A stretch of 64,000 nucleotides of DNA. Source: an uncultured Gemmatimonadales bacterium (GTDB lineage Bacteria > Gemmatimonadota > Gemmatimonadetes > Gemmatimonadales > Gemmatimonadaceae). The translations under genes and the position numbers were made by a program. The DNA lies in NCBI GenBank assembly GCA_963793305.1, contig CAWBZV010000003.1, positions 1,248,001 through 1,312,000 on the forward strand. Reading direction: 5' to 3'. The notes under the pieces were generated by a model, which saw only the letters and a program-made list of their open reading frames with translations, made no database searches and was not told the origin of the DNA. Below, piece by piece: positions 38,962 through 48,310 of the stretch; position 1 is the first letter of the stretch, and each line of letters begins with the position of its first letter.

Positions 38962-41312
38962 AGGCCCGCGGGCGGTCGGCGCCGGAATACGGGGTATGGC
39001 ACGTCTGGCCCCTTGATGGTCTCCCACAATACGCGATTGAGCACCCGGGAGTCGGCGGCGTCCGCGACCCGAAAATCAAGTGTGCTCGACACTCGCGCAA
39101 CCTTGCCCGTGTCAGGATTGTGCTCGGCCAGATCGATGTTGGCCACGTGCGCCGTGTATGGCGTCGTATCCGGCACGGTACGCCAAATGCCTCGCAGCGG
39201 CCGACCGTAGGCGTCGAACTGCGACATCGAGGGAAGCTTCAAGATCTCCTCGATCGTCCGAATCACGTCCGTCGTGTTCGTGAAGCAATGGACCACGCCG
39301 CCGCGTGTCCACGGCGAGATCACGAGGAACGGCGCCCGATGCGAGTCGACGTGGTCGGCGCCATCCTGCGCGTCGTCCTCGACCACGAACACCGCCGTGC
39401 TGCGCCAGAAACGCGAGTGCGACAGCGCGTCGATCATGCGGCCGAGCGCCCAGTCGTTGTCCGCCATGTACGCGCGCGGCGTTGGCGCTCTGGGGGTAGC
39501 GCCGGCCGTGTGATCATTCGGCAGCGTCAGGATCTCGAGCGCGGGCATCGATCCATCGCGCTCGAATTTGTGCAGCTCATCGATCCACACTTCGGCCCGC
39601 GCCTGGTCAGTGACTTTGACGTCGAATCCGGCATACGTCGGGCACGTGCGCGCGGCGAGCGCCGGCTTGGACGCCGTCACGATCCCGTGCGACGTGGCAT
39701 CCTCGGCGCTCCGGCCGTGCTCGACCGCGAACTCGCCATAGTTGCGCAAGCTGAGTCCCTTAGCTACCGCGAGATCCCACAAGTATCCCGCCGCGGGGGC
39801 GGCAACGTCGTCTCCATCCGCGGGGACATCCTTTCGATTCGTGCCATCGTAGTCGTAGTCGCGGCCGCGATCGGAGTAGTTGTCCGGTGTCGTCTTCTCC
39901 GTATAGTCCGTCGCGTACGCGGCCGTCGACCACTGATGGCCGTCGGCGCTCACTTCGGCGTTCACGAAGAACCGATCGTAGAGCCCGAATCGGTCGGCCA
40001 GCGCATGGTGGTTGGGCGACACGAATCGGCCGAAGAACACGAGCGACGTGTCGCCATCGCCCTGTGCCTCGTCGCCGAAGACCTGGTCGTAGGTTCGGTT
40101 CTCCTTGATGATGTAGACCACGTGCTCGATCGGCGGATAGCCCCTAGCCGCCGTGTCCTGCGCCCACCCCCACCCATTTGCCTGCGCGACGCGACTCCCG
40201 TAGGCATCTCGCCCGGGAACGATCGTGAGGGTCCCCGAGAGTTGTCCGAGCGTGTAGCCGAACGGGTCCGAGCTCTTGGCGCCGATCCGGTATCCCGTGG
40301 CCTCGTTCGGCCGCGATCCGTGGCCCTTGGCGTTCGCCACGTACAGCGTGTCGCCCGGACCCGCGACGACCGCGGTCGGATACCACTCGACCGGGATGCG
40401 GCCGACGATCGAATCGGTGTCGAGATCAATTTGCGCAACGGCATTGTTGTCCGACTCGGCCACATATAACCGTCGCCCTGATATCGTGATGCCCTCGGGC
40501 GTACTCCCCTCACTCGCTCCTGGTACCGAGTCCGCGATGTGCTTGACCACAGTCAGCGTCTTGGTATCCACGACGTCAATGCGATCGGTGCTCGCCGAGA
40601 CGACGTAGAGGTTCGTCCCATCGAGCAGCATAGACGAGGGGTGTCGCGACACATCGATGCGTTTGTTCCGCGGGAACACCGAAACCGTGTGGCTGCCCCA
40701 GGCCGAGACGAAAATCGTTCCGTCTTTGTCGACGACGACCGCATACGGATAGCGCCCGGTTGGCAGTCTCCGCCGCACCCTGCGAGACGCCAGATCGATT
40801 ATCGCCAGCGAGTCATCGAGGTTCTCAGCGACGTACAGCGTCTTGCCATCCGGCGACACGCCGAGACCAGCGGGATAGCGCTGTCCTTTCTTTGCCGAGA
40901 GCCGGATGCTGTCGGTGAGTGATGCGCTGTCGTGGCGCCAAGCATAGACATAGACGTTGTCGCCAAACCCGCCGGAGGCATAGAGCTTCGTCCCGTCGGG
41001 CGAGAACGCGAGCCCGACGAACGCGGCCGGTTGCTGGAGCGTCTGCATGACGTTGCCGGAGGCTCGATCGACAACCTGTAGGCCCTGCTGTCGATAAGAG
41101 CCGAGGAGCAACACGATTCGCGCGCTGTCGGGCGACAGCAGCTCTGTCGTCGGAAAGTCCCCTATGTCGACGCTTCGCCCCGCGGGATCGAGCCGGGCGC
41201 CAGTGGGAAGCCGCCCGAGATCGGCGTCGAACGTGCTAGCGCTGTCGGTCGTCCCGCACGCGGCGAGCAGCGACAGACACGCAACCGTGAAAGTTCGGAT
41301 TATTCGCTGCAT
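38958..41312 (-). CDS. Lipoprotein: YncE/YVTN beta-propeller + phosphoesterase (alkaline phosphatase-like)
   Basis: LLAAC lipobox; IKENRTYD, SADGH, PNDHT, EDDAQDGADHVDSHR. Confidence 0.92.
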   Translation of the reverse strand: MQRIIRTFTVACLSLLAACGTTDSASTFDADLGRLPTGARLDPAGRSVDIGDFPTTELLSPDSARIVLLLGSYRQQGLQVVDRASGNVMQTLQQPAAFVGLAFSPDGTKLYASGGFGDNVYVYAWRHDSASLTDSIRLSAKKGQRYPAGLGVSPDGKTLYVAENLDDSLAIIDLASRRVRRRLPTGRYPYAVVVDKDGTIFVSAWGSHTVSVFPRNKRIDVSRHPSSMLLDGTNLYVVSASTDRIDVVDTKTLTVVKHIADSVPGASEGSTPEGITISGRRLYVAESDNNAVAQIDLDTDSIVGRIPVEWYPTAVVAGPGDTLYVANAKGHGSRPNEATGYRIGAKSSDPFGYTLGQLSGTLTIVPGRDAYGSRVAQANGWGWAQDTAARGYPPIEHVVYIIKENRTYDQVFGDEAQGDGDTSLVFFGRFVSPNHHALADRFGLYDRFFVNAEVSADGHQWSTAAYATDYTEKTTPDNYSDRGRDYDYDGTNRKDVPADGDDVAAPAAGYLWDLAVAKGLSLRNYGEFAVEHGRSAEDATSHGIVTASKPALAARTCPTYAGFDVKVTDQARAEVWIDELHKFERDGSMPALEILTLPNDHTAGATPRAPTPRAYMADNDWALGRMIDALSHSRFWRSTAVFVVEDDAQDGADHVDSHRAPFLVISPWTRGGVVHCFTNTTDVIRTIEEILKLPSMSQFDAYGRPLRGIWRTVPDTTPYTAHVANIDLAEHNPDTGKVARVSSTLDFRVADAADSRVLNRVLWETIKGPDVPYPVFRRRPPAGL

Positions 41313-42567
41313 ACCCGGAGACAGGGAATGTGACGTCAGTCCCGTACGGGAGGCCAGCGACCGGACTGACTCCAGTCGGGAAAACGGTCTCCGGGCCTCT
41401 CCCGTACTGGCCAATGAGCCGACGAAGATCGCCCATCCGATGGGCGGTGAGGAAGAGCCAGAATGCTCGTTCCGAGAAAACCTGGTCGACCTGCGCGCTA
41501 TCGTCAGCGGGTTCGACCAGGGGCGCCAGCGACGGTTGAAACTCGCTCCGGAGATTGTTCAGCGTCGTCGCGTAATCTCCAGCAACCGCGCCGTGCTGCT
41601 GCGCCTCAGCCAAGATCAATCGCGCCTCGACGCCGTCGGCGAGGTTGATGTCCGATGCGGCCGTCGGGTACTTGAGCTCGCTGATCAGGTCGGTGTTCGG
41701 CTGCAGGCTATACCCGGGCGCGCCCGTCGAGTCGAAGGTCACGCGCGGGTCGTGGGCCGAAACGAATGGCAAGCCGTTGCCGCCTTCGCGGTCGAACATG
41801 CTGAAGTAGCCGTTCTCCGGTCCGAAGTACCAGACGCCATTGTTCTGGCGCTGAGTGTTCGTCGAGTACTCGATCACGTACACGAACGAATCGGGCACGG
41901 CCGCCACGGCCGCCGCCGCGTCGCTGTATCGTCCCATGTCGAGCAACACCCGGGCAGTCCCGACTCTGGCCAGGTTCTTCGTCGTACTATCGGGCGCCGC
42001 CGCCAATGCGCCGGCGAAACGGGCGAGCGCCCGAGCGTAGATCGAATCGGTTGTCAAAGGCTGGCCGTAGCTGATCGATCCACCGTCGGAGATCGAGCTG
42101 AACGGAACACCAGAGCAGTAGATCTCGCCGAACAGCGCGTACGTGTATCCAGCGAGACTCAACGACTCGCTGTACCCTGCATCGTGGGGCAGATACTGCT
42201 GATAGAGGCTCGCCGACTTCTCGGTTGCCACGCGGGCCTTGGCCACATCCGCGAAGAGTGCATCCAGCTGCGCGTTGTTGTCCGACGCCTGTCGCAAGTC
42301 GACATCGACCCGCGTTTGGTACGTATCGAGATCGACGTACTCGTCGGTCATGAGCGCCGTCATGTTGATCTCCCCTTCGTGCCCACCGCCGGAGAGATCT
42401 CCGGCACCACCGTAGGCGACGGCGAATTGCCCGATGGCGCCGAGCCGCAATGAGGCGAGTTGAGCAGGGCTTTCGGCAGTTGCCGGCGAAACAATGTCGT
42501 GATCGCTGACCGTCGTATCGCACGCCACGAGGCCGAGCGCGATCACGGGGACGAGGCGCTTTACCAT
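41236..42567 (-). CDS. RagB/SusD-family lipoprotein
   Basis: LVAC lipobox, EARLILAEA, ERAFWLFLTAHRMGDLRR, NNPNF.GC; follows SusC. Confidence 0.9.
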   Translation of the reverse strand: MVKRLVPVIALGLVACDTTVSDHDIVSPATAESPAQLASLRLGAIGQFAVAYGGAGDLSGGGHEGEINMTALMTDEYVDLDTYQTRVDVDLRQASDNNAQLDALFADVAKARVATEKSASLYQQYLPHDAGYSESLSLAGYTYALFGEIYCSGVPFSSISDGGSISYGQPLTTDSIYARALARFAGALAAAPDSTTKNLARVGTARVLLDMGRYSDAAAAVAAVPDSFVYVIEYSTNTQRQNNGVWYFGPENGYFSMFDREGGNGLPFVSAHDPRVTFDSTGAPGYSLQPNTDLISELKYPTAASDINLADGVEARLILAEAQQHGAVAGDYATTLNNLRSEFQPSLAPLVEPADDSAQVDQVFSERAFWLFLTAHRMGDLRRLIGQYGRGPETVFPTGVSPVAGLPYGTDVTFPVSGYAANNPNFHGCVSVAARRVRDDRQR

Positions 42568-45479
42568 GTGGCCGTCACCCTCACCGTCCAATACTGTACG
42601 GGCGGCTGCCCGAAGTACTCGGCGCGTGTGAACCCGCTCCCACCGGGCAAATAATTGAGCTCGGGATCGAGCCCGGGGTACTTGGTCCACGTTGCGAGAT
42701 TCCGACCGGCGACCGTGAGACTGACTGCGCTCGCGCCGAGATGCTTGGCCCATCGCGTGGGCGCGGAGACGGTCATGGCCAACTCGCGCCATTTCCAGAA
42801 CGACCCGTTGTAGTACCATCCGGCATCGCTCAGAGAATTCGCCGCGGCTGCGGCGGCGACCTGATCGCGGAGCGATGTGCGCGGATCGAAGATCTCGCGA
42901 CAATCGGGCGGTCCGGCGGTGACGCACCGGTATTCCTCGGTCGCATCGTAGGCGAGTGCCCCGGCGTGCCGGTCGAAGGTCGCCGAGACCTTGAAGAATC
43001 GAAAGAACGTGAGCGTCGGGATGACCGAGAACTCGTCGGTTGGCTGCGAGTTGCCGAAGAAGACTTCCTGTGGGCCAACCGTGATGTCGGAGATGCTCTT
43101 GTACGTGTACGGGTACGCCCAGAATCCGCCGAGCGAATAGCCAGGTTGATTCTTCTGCGTGTAGCCACCGTCGCCGATATTGTAGCCGGTGGCGACCACG
43201 CCCTGTCCGAGCTGAATCAGTCGATTGTGATTCACGGAGCCGTTCACGGTCAGCTCGGCCGCCAGCGGGCGCGTGTCGAGCAGTCGGCCGCTCACGAGGA
43301 TCTCGAATCCGCGGTTCGAGACCTTGCCGAGGTTGACGGGAATGCTGTCGGCGCCCGTTGACGGGTCGATGGGCTGTTCGACGATCGCATCGCGCGTGGT
43401 CTTGTCGTAGTACGTGAATTGCGCGGTGATGCGATCGTGCCAGAAGCCCAGGTCAGCGCCGCCCTCGTACTCGGTAGAGATCTCTGGCTTGAGGTTCGCG
43501 TTGCCATACTCGCCGGGAATCACGGCTGCCGAATCCACGCCGCCCTTTCGCTGACTGATGGGCACATAGTACGTGAGTGCCTGGAGGCCCGAGAAACGCT
43601 GCCCCGACTCCCCAAACGCGGCCCTCAGCCGCACCGAGCTCACCACGGGGAATTCACCAACGACCCACGACAGGCTGGCCGAGGGGTAGTACGTCAGCGA
43701 CGTGTTCCTGCCCACGGCGCTGTTGCCGTCGGCTCGTCCCGCCACCGTCAGAAAGACCCGGTCACGCCACGCGAACCCCTGCTGCAAAAACCCACCGATC
43801 GTCACTTCCTCCGGCCGCAAATCCGTCGGGGCTAACGGTTGTGTGGTGCCGCCCACGCCCGTGATGCCCTCGGTGAGGTTCGTGCCGCCGGCGGTCGTGA
43901 AGTCGGTGAGGTCGTGCGCGTATTGCGTTCCCGCCGTCGTGGTTCCTCGAAGCGATGGCGCGATGGCGTACTGGGCGGTGCCGGTCAGATTCCCGGTATA
44001 GACGGCTTGCGTGCCCGACGTCGTGATGGCGATGCCCTGAGCCAGCGAACCGCCCCCGGATGTGGGTACGAGGCCAGCCGGCCAATCGTACGCGTCGATC
44101 AACGCATTCTGATCGAGACCGGCGGTCCCGATAAACGACAGCCACGGCAGGGGCTTCCAGTTGGCGGTGACGCCGAGCGTGGTACGATCCGCCGACTGCT
44201 TGTTGTGGATCTGCGCGAGTTGCGCTGGCCCGACCCCTTGGAGGAACCCATGGGTGATCGGATCATTGACCGCGTATCCGTCGAGCGCATCGGCAATCAG
44301 GCCGTAATACTGGTTGTCGTTGAGCGGCAGCTCGGTGCGCCCTTGGACGTAGCCGGCGTTGAACGTCGCGTCGATCGTACGGCTCAATTGCACGCGGACA
44401 TTCGCCCGTCCGGTCAATCGCAAGGTGCTGTTGTTGGCGTAGACGCCTTGCTCGCGATAGTAGTCGCCGGCGACGAAGAACGTCGTGACGTCGGTGCCTC
44501 CGGCGGCGCTCAGCCCGGTCGCTTCCCGGTACCCGCCGATAAATGCGTCGTTCGCCTCGAGGGGATTGAACGACAGGAGCGCCCCGGGCACGCAGCCGCC
44601 GCTCGCGGCGAGCGACAACGTGCAGGCGTTGGTGGGTGTGCCTTCGCGTGCATAGTTCGAAGGGTAGTCCGTGACATCGCGCACGGTCCCGCCTTCGAGA
44701 TTCGCGGTCCATCGCGTGCCGCCGGCGATGCCGTGCTTGGTGGTCACTTGAATGACGCCATTGGCGCCGAGTGTGCCGTAGAGGGCCGAGGCGGCGGGGC
44801 CTTTTAAGATCTCGATGCTCTCGATCTCGTCCGGGCTCAAGTCGTCGAATCGCGACGGCTCTTGGCCGCCGGCGTTCATGAGGCCGGAGCTTTCGGTGTT
44901 GTCGGCTCTGACGCCGTCGATCACGAGCAGCGGCTGGTTGGCTTGGGTGATGCTATTGTTGCCGCGAATGCGGATCTGTTGTCCGGCGCCGGTCTCACCG
45001 GAGTTGAGTGATACGACGACGCCGGCGGCACGGCCCTGCAGCACGTCGGAGAAGCTGGTGACGGCGGCCTTGCTCAGGGAGTCGACGGTTATCGTCGCGA
45101 TGGAGTTGCCGATTTCGCGTTCGCGCTCGGTTGTGCCGGCGGCCGTCACGATCTGGAGGTCGAGCTGGACGGCGCTCGCGGTCAGCGCGAAGTCCACGGT
45201 CGTCACGCCGGAATCGCCGACCGTGGCGCGATTCGTCTGCTGCTGAAAACCGAGGCGCAGGGCCCGCAGGGTCACAACGCCTGGTGCGACACCCGTCAGA
45301 CGATACGTGCCGTCACTTCTCGTGGTCGCAACGAGATCGGTTCCTACGACCCGTACTTGCGCGCCCGCAATCGGCGCGCGCGAGGCCGAATCGCTCACGC
45401 GACCAGCGATCGCCGCGCGTTGCGCGCTGACGATCGCTGGGACGAGGGCCCCGAGAACGGCCCATTGATAGCGGAACAT
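42561..45479 (-). CDS. SusC/RagA-family TonB-dependent receptor
   Basis: Carboxypeptidase-regulatory-like N-terminus, IRIRG, ILKGPAASALYG, GNANLKPE, KYPGLDPE. Confidence 0.95.
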   Translation of the reverse strand: MFRYQWAVLGALVPAIVSAQRAAIAGRVSDSASRAPIAGAQVRVVGTDLVATTRSDGTYRLTGVAPGVVTLRALRLGFQQQTNRATVGDSGVTTVDFALTASAVQLDLQIVTAAGTTEREREIGNSIATITVDSLSKAAVTSFSDVLQGRAAGVVVSLNSGETGAGQQIRIRGNNSITQANQPLLVIDGVRADNTESSGLMNAGGQEPSRFDDLSPDEIESIEILKGPAASALYGTLGANGVIQVTTKHGIAGGTRWTANLEGGTVRDVTDYPSNYAREGTPTNACTLSLAASGGCVPGALLSFNPLEANDAFIGGYREATGLSAAGGTDVTTFFVAGDYYREQGVYANNSTLRLTGRANVRVQLSRTIDATFNAGYVQGRTELPLNDNQYYGLIADALDGYAVNDPITHGFLQGVGPAQLAQIHNKQSADRTTLGVTANWKPLPWLSFIGTAGLDQNALIDAYDWPAGLVPTSGGGSLAQGIAITTSGTQAVYTGNLTGTAQYAIAPSLRGTTTAGTQYAHDLTDFTTAGGTNLTEGITGVGGTTQPLAPTDLRPEEVTIGGFLQQGFAWRDRVFLTVAGRADGNSAVGRNTSLTYYPSASLSWVVGEFPVVSSVRLRAAFGESGQRFSGLQALTYYVPISQRKGGVDSAAVIPGEYGNANLKPEISTEYEGGADLGFWHDRITAQFTYYDKTTRDAIVEQPIDPSTGADSIPVNLGKVSNRGFEILVSGRLLDTRPLAAELTVNGSVNHNRLIQLGQGVVATGYNIGDGGYTQKNQPGYSLGGFWAYPYTYKSISDITVGPQEVFFGNSQPTDEFSVIPTLTFFRFFKVSATFDRHAGALAYDATEEYRCVTAGPPDCREIFDPRTSLRDQVAAAAAANSLSDAGWYYNGSFWKWRELAMTVSAPTRWAKHLGASAVSLTVAGRNLATWTKYPGLDPELNYLPGGSGFTRAEYFGQPPVQYWTVRVTATW

Positions 45480-45556
45480 GGCGCCAACATACCGGAGACA
45501 GATGAGGTGTCTGCATTTCGGCGCCTTGAGTTACAGGACGGTGACCGGACCGTCGC

Positions 45557-46111
45557 CTACGCTTTCGGCATCAACACGCGATCGATGACGTGGATGACGC
45601 CGTTCGATTGCTTGACATCGGTGATCGAGATGTCCGCCACGTTCCCCTGCTCGTCCTTGACGACGAGGTTCGTGCGGCCATTCATCATGAACCACAACAT
45701 GCCGCCTTGCACGGTCTTGAGCGACGCCGTGCCGTTGCCCTGCTTGATGGCCTTGGTCAGCGCATCGAGATCGTAGTTGCCTGCCACAACGTGATAGGTC
45801 AGCACGTTGGTGAGCATGCCCTTATTCTCGGGTTTGAGCAGATTATCGACCGTTCCCGCGGGCAACGCGGCAAACGCTTCGTTTGTCGGGGCAAACACGG
45901 TGAACGGGCCTTTGCCTTGCAGTGTCGGCACGAGGCCGGCGGCCTTCACCGCCGCGACAAGCGTCGTATGATCCGCCGAGTTGAGCGCGTTCGTAATGAT
46001 GTCTTTGCGTGGCGACATCGCTTGGCCGCCGACCATCACGTCCATTTGCGCAGCGAGGGGCATCGCACCGGCGCACGTCGCCAGTGCGAGAGCAATCGAG
46101 AGCTTTCGCAT
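45557..46111 (-). CDS. Fasciclin (FAS1) domain protein
   Basis: TLVAAVKAAGL, FTVFAPTNEAF, YHVV, SNGVIHVID. Confidence 0.95.
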   Translation of the reverse strand: MRKLSIALALATCAGAMPLAAQMDVMVGGQAMSPRKDIITNALNSADHTTLVAAVKAAGLVPTLQGKGPFTVFAPTNEAFAALPAGTVDNLLKPENKGMLTNVLTYHVVAGNYDLDALTKAIKQGNGTASLKTVQGGMLWFMMNGRTNLVVKDEQGNVADISITDVKQSNGVIHVIDRVLMPKA

Positions 46112-46146
46112 TGATTGAGATCCTATGTTGAGGGGTTCGCCATGTG

Positions 46147-46172
46147 TACGTTTTCGCGGGGCAGATCGGATC
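46147..46172 (-). promoter_or_regulatory. Candidate ECF-sigma promoter of the fasciclin gene
   Basis: Minus strand GATCC-N17-CGTA, about 35 nt upstream of ATG. Confidence 0.5.
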
Positions 46173-46262
46173 TCTCTCTTCACCCAACGCCTGGAACGGC
46201 GCGCTGGTAGACGGTTATGATGCACGCACGACATACCCCAGGGACTTAGAGAGGAAACCGCT

Positions 46263-47885
46263 GTGCGATTCGTTACGTGTGTGTTTGTCGTCGCTGCCGT
46301 AACGGCTTGCGGCAGTTCCAACAGCACCTCCGGCCCCCAGGCGCACGGCAATTGTTCGCCGGCCTCGGCCACGCTCGCCGTCTATCAAGGCGCGTCATTC
46401 AACTGCGCCGGCGGAACAGGGATCACCCTGAACGGCAGCAACGCCACCTATCTCGTCGTCCCGCAGTTCGCCGTCGGCGACGTTGCCTACACCACGAACA
46501 CGTTCCAGATCGAGCGATCCGGCTCGGCTTCCGCCGCCGCGCAGATGGTTGCCGCGACCGCGCGATTCGCGCGTACGCCGTACGCTGGTCATAACCTGCG
46601 CCAGGCCAAGTTTGATGGGATGTTGCGCGCGCGAGGGCGCCGACTGGCCGCCGCGCGCGCGGGCATATCCGCTCAAATCGCCAAGCAAACGCTTCCCAAT
46701 AGCCGGACGTTCTGGGTGTTCGCCGATACGCTGGCGGAGACGTACAAGCAGATCACGGCCACCCTGGTCTATGATGGCGACAGCGTGGCCGTCTATCTCG
46801 ACAACGCCTCGCCACCGGGATTCTCGGGGCAGCAGCTCACAGAGTTCGGCACGCTGGATGACCAGGTGCTCTATCGGATCGTGGTCAACACGTTCGCGCG
46901 GCCCACGGATATCGACAACAACGGCCACGTGATCATGCTGCTGACGCCGGCCGTCAACGCGCTGACACCGGCGCCTGACTGCTCGACCGAAGGGTTCGTC
47001 GCCGGCTACTTCGACCCCAACGATCTCACGCCCTCGGCCCCGAACTCGAACGCTGGCGAAATCTTCTACGGGATCGTGCCCGACCCGAACGGCGCCGCGC
47101 ACAGTTGCGCACACTCGGTCGACGACGTTTTCTCGATCATTCCCGGGACGTTCATGCACGAGCTGCAGCACATGATCTCGTATGGGCAGCACGTGCTGAT
47201 TCACGGCGCTCAACCGGAAGAAGGCTGGCTCGACGAGGGGATGAGCATTGTCTCGACCGAGCTCGGTGGCCTGCATTACGACTCGTTGTACCAGGCGACC
47301 GGGAATACGGCCTACGCGGACTCGGCCCCACCGTACGTCGACGAGCAGTTCAACGACTCGTACAATTATCTCCAGAATCCCGACACGGCGTCCCTGACGC
47401 TGCACACCGACGCCGATTGCTGCCTCGAATGGCGCGGCGGCGATTGGCTCATGCTGCGGTATATCGGCGACCAGAAAGGCCAGGCCATCTACCACACGAT
47501 GGAGACGAGCACCAACATCGGGACGGCCAACATTGCGGCCGCTTCCGGCGAGTCGTTTCCGACGATCTTCGGCACGTTCGGCGTCGCGGCGTACACCGAC
47601 AGCCTGCCCGGTCACACGCGGGACTCGATTCCGGCGCAGTACAAGTTCACGACCTGGAATTTCCGCACGGTCTACGAGAACAACGTCGGGCCGAACTATC
47701 CCATCCAACCCATCGCGCTCTCGCCGAGCGCGTCGACGTCCGGGAGGATGGTGCCGGGAACAAGTGCGTACTACACGATCACGACGCCAGCTGGTGCGAG
47801 TTCTGTGACGATTGTGTTCGGAACATTGAGCGGGGCGTTCTCTTCCAGCCTCAACCCGCAGGTGCTAGTCTTCAGGACACAATGA
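46263..47885 (+). CDS. Lipoprotein zinc metallopeptidase (M30-like)
   Basis: VTAC lipobox, DIDNNG, AGYF...DL, HELQH...WLDEG. Confidence 0.8.
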   Translation: MRFVTCVFVVAAVTACGSSNSTSGPQAHGNCSPASATLAVYQGASFNCAGGTGITLNGSNATYLVVPQFAVGDVAYTTNTFQIERSGSASAAAQMVAATARFARTPYAGHNLRQAKFDGMLRARGRRLAAARAGISAQIAKQTLPNSRTFWVFADTLAETYKQITATLVYDGDSVAVYLDNASPPGFSGQQLTEFGTLDDQVLYRIVVNTFARPTDIDNNGHVIMLLTPAVNALTPAPDCSTEGFVAGYFDPNDLTPSAPNSNAGEIFYGIVPDPNGAAHSCAHSVDDVFSIIPGTFMHELQHMISYGQHVLIHGAQPEEGWLDEGMSIVSTELGGLHYDSLYQATGNTAYADSAPPYVDEQFNDSYNYLQNPDTASLTLHTDADCCLEWRGGDWLMLRYIGDQKGQAIYHTMETSTNIGTANIAAASGESFPTIFGTFGVAAYTDSLPGHTRDSIPAQYKFTTWNFRTVYENNVGPNYPIQPIALSPSASTSGRMVPGTSAYYTITTPAGASSVTIVFGTLSGAFSSSLNPQVLVFRTQ

Positions 47886-47895
47886 TCCTGGCACT

Positions 47896-48270
47896 ATGAT
47901 CTGGCGACGGCTGGGCGCGCTCTTCGTCGGTCTCGCGTTTGCGTTCGCGACGACCGAGCCGCTCGGCCATCATCATTGTCCTGTGCACGACGGCATTGTG
48001 TCGGACATGGACGCGATGCCGGGGCACCACATGCCCGCGCCGAGCCATTCGCAGACGCCGGAGCACTCGCACCAATGCACGTGTCTTGGCGCATCGTGCT
48101 GCGCGGTCGCGATCACGACGCCTTCTGATCGTCTTGTTGCTCTCCCGGTCGTACCGGTCACGATCGTTCGCATTGCCGCCGTCGCGCGAAGCGCCGACGA
48201 GCGGCCCATGTCCCATGAGGACGTCCTCCTCCCTCCGCCGATAGGCCCGCCCGAGTCGCTCCCAGTCTGA
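47896..48270 (+). CDS. His/Cys-rich DUF2946-like protein
   Basis: Signal-like N-terminus, HHHCPVH, HSHQCTCLGASCC, C-terminal LLPPPIGPP; 40 nt upstream of a TBDR. Confidence 0.7.
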   Translation: MIWRRLGALFVGLAFAFATTEPLGHHHCPVHDGIVSDMDAMPGHHMPAPSHSQTPEHSHQCTCLGASCCAVAITTPSDRLVALPVVPVTIVRIAAVARSADERPMSHEDVLLPPPIGPPESLPV

Positions 48271-48310
48271 TCTGATCTTCTTTTTTCCTTGACTAGGGAG
48301 CACCACCACA

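Noticed and set aside
46233..46247. Third CsoR/RcnR operator (ATACCCCAGGGAC)
   Set aside because: Only a half-site; no matching GTAT arm at the right spacing
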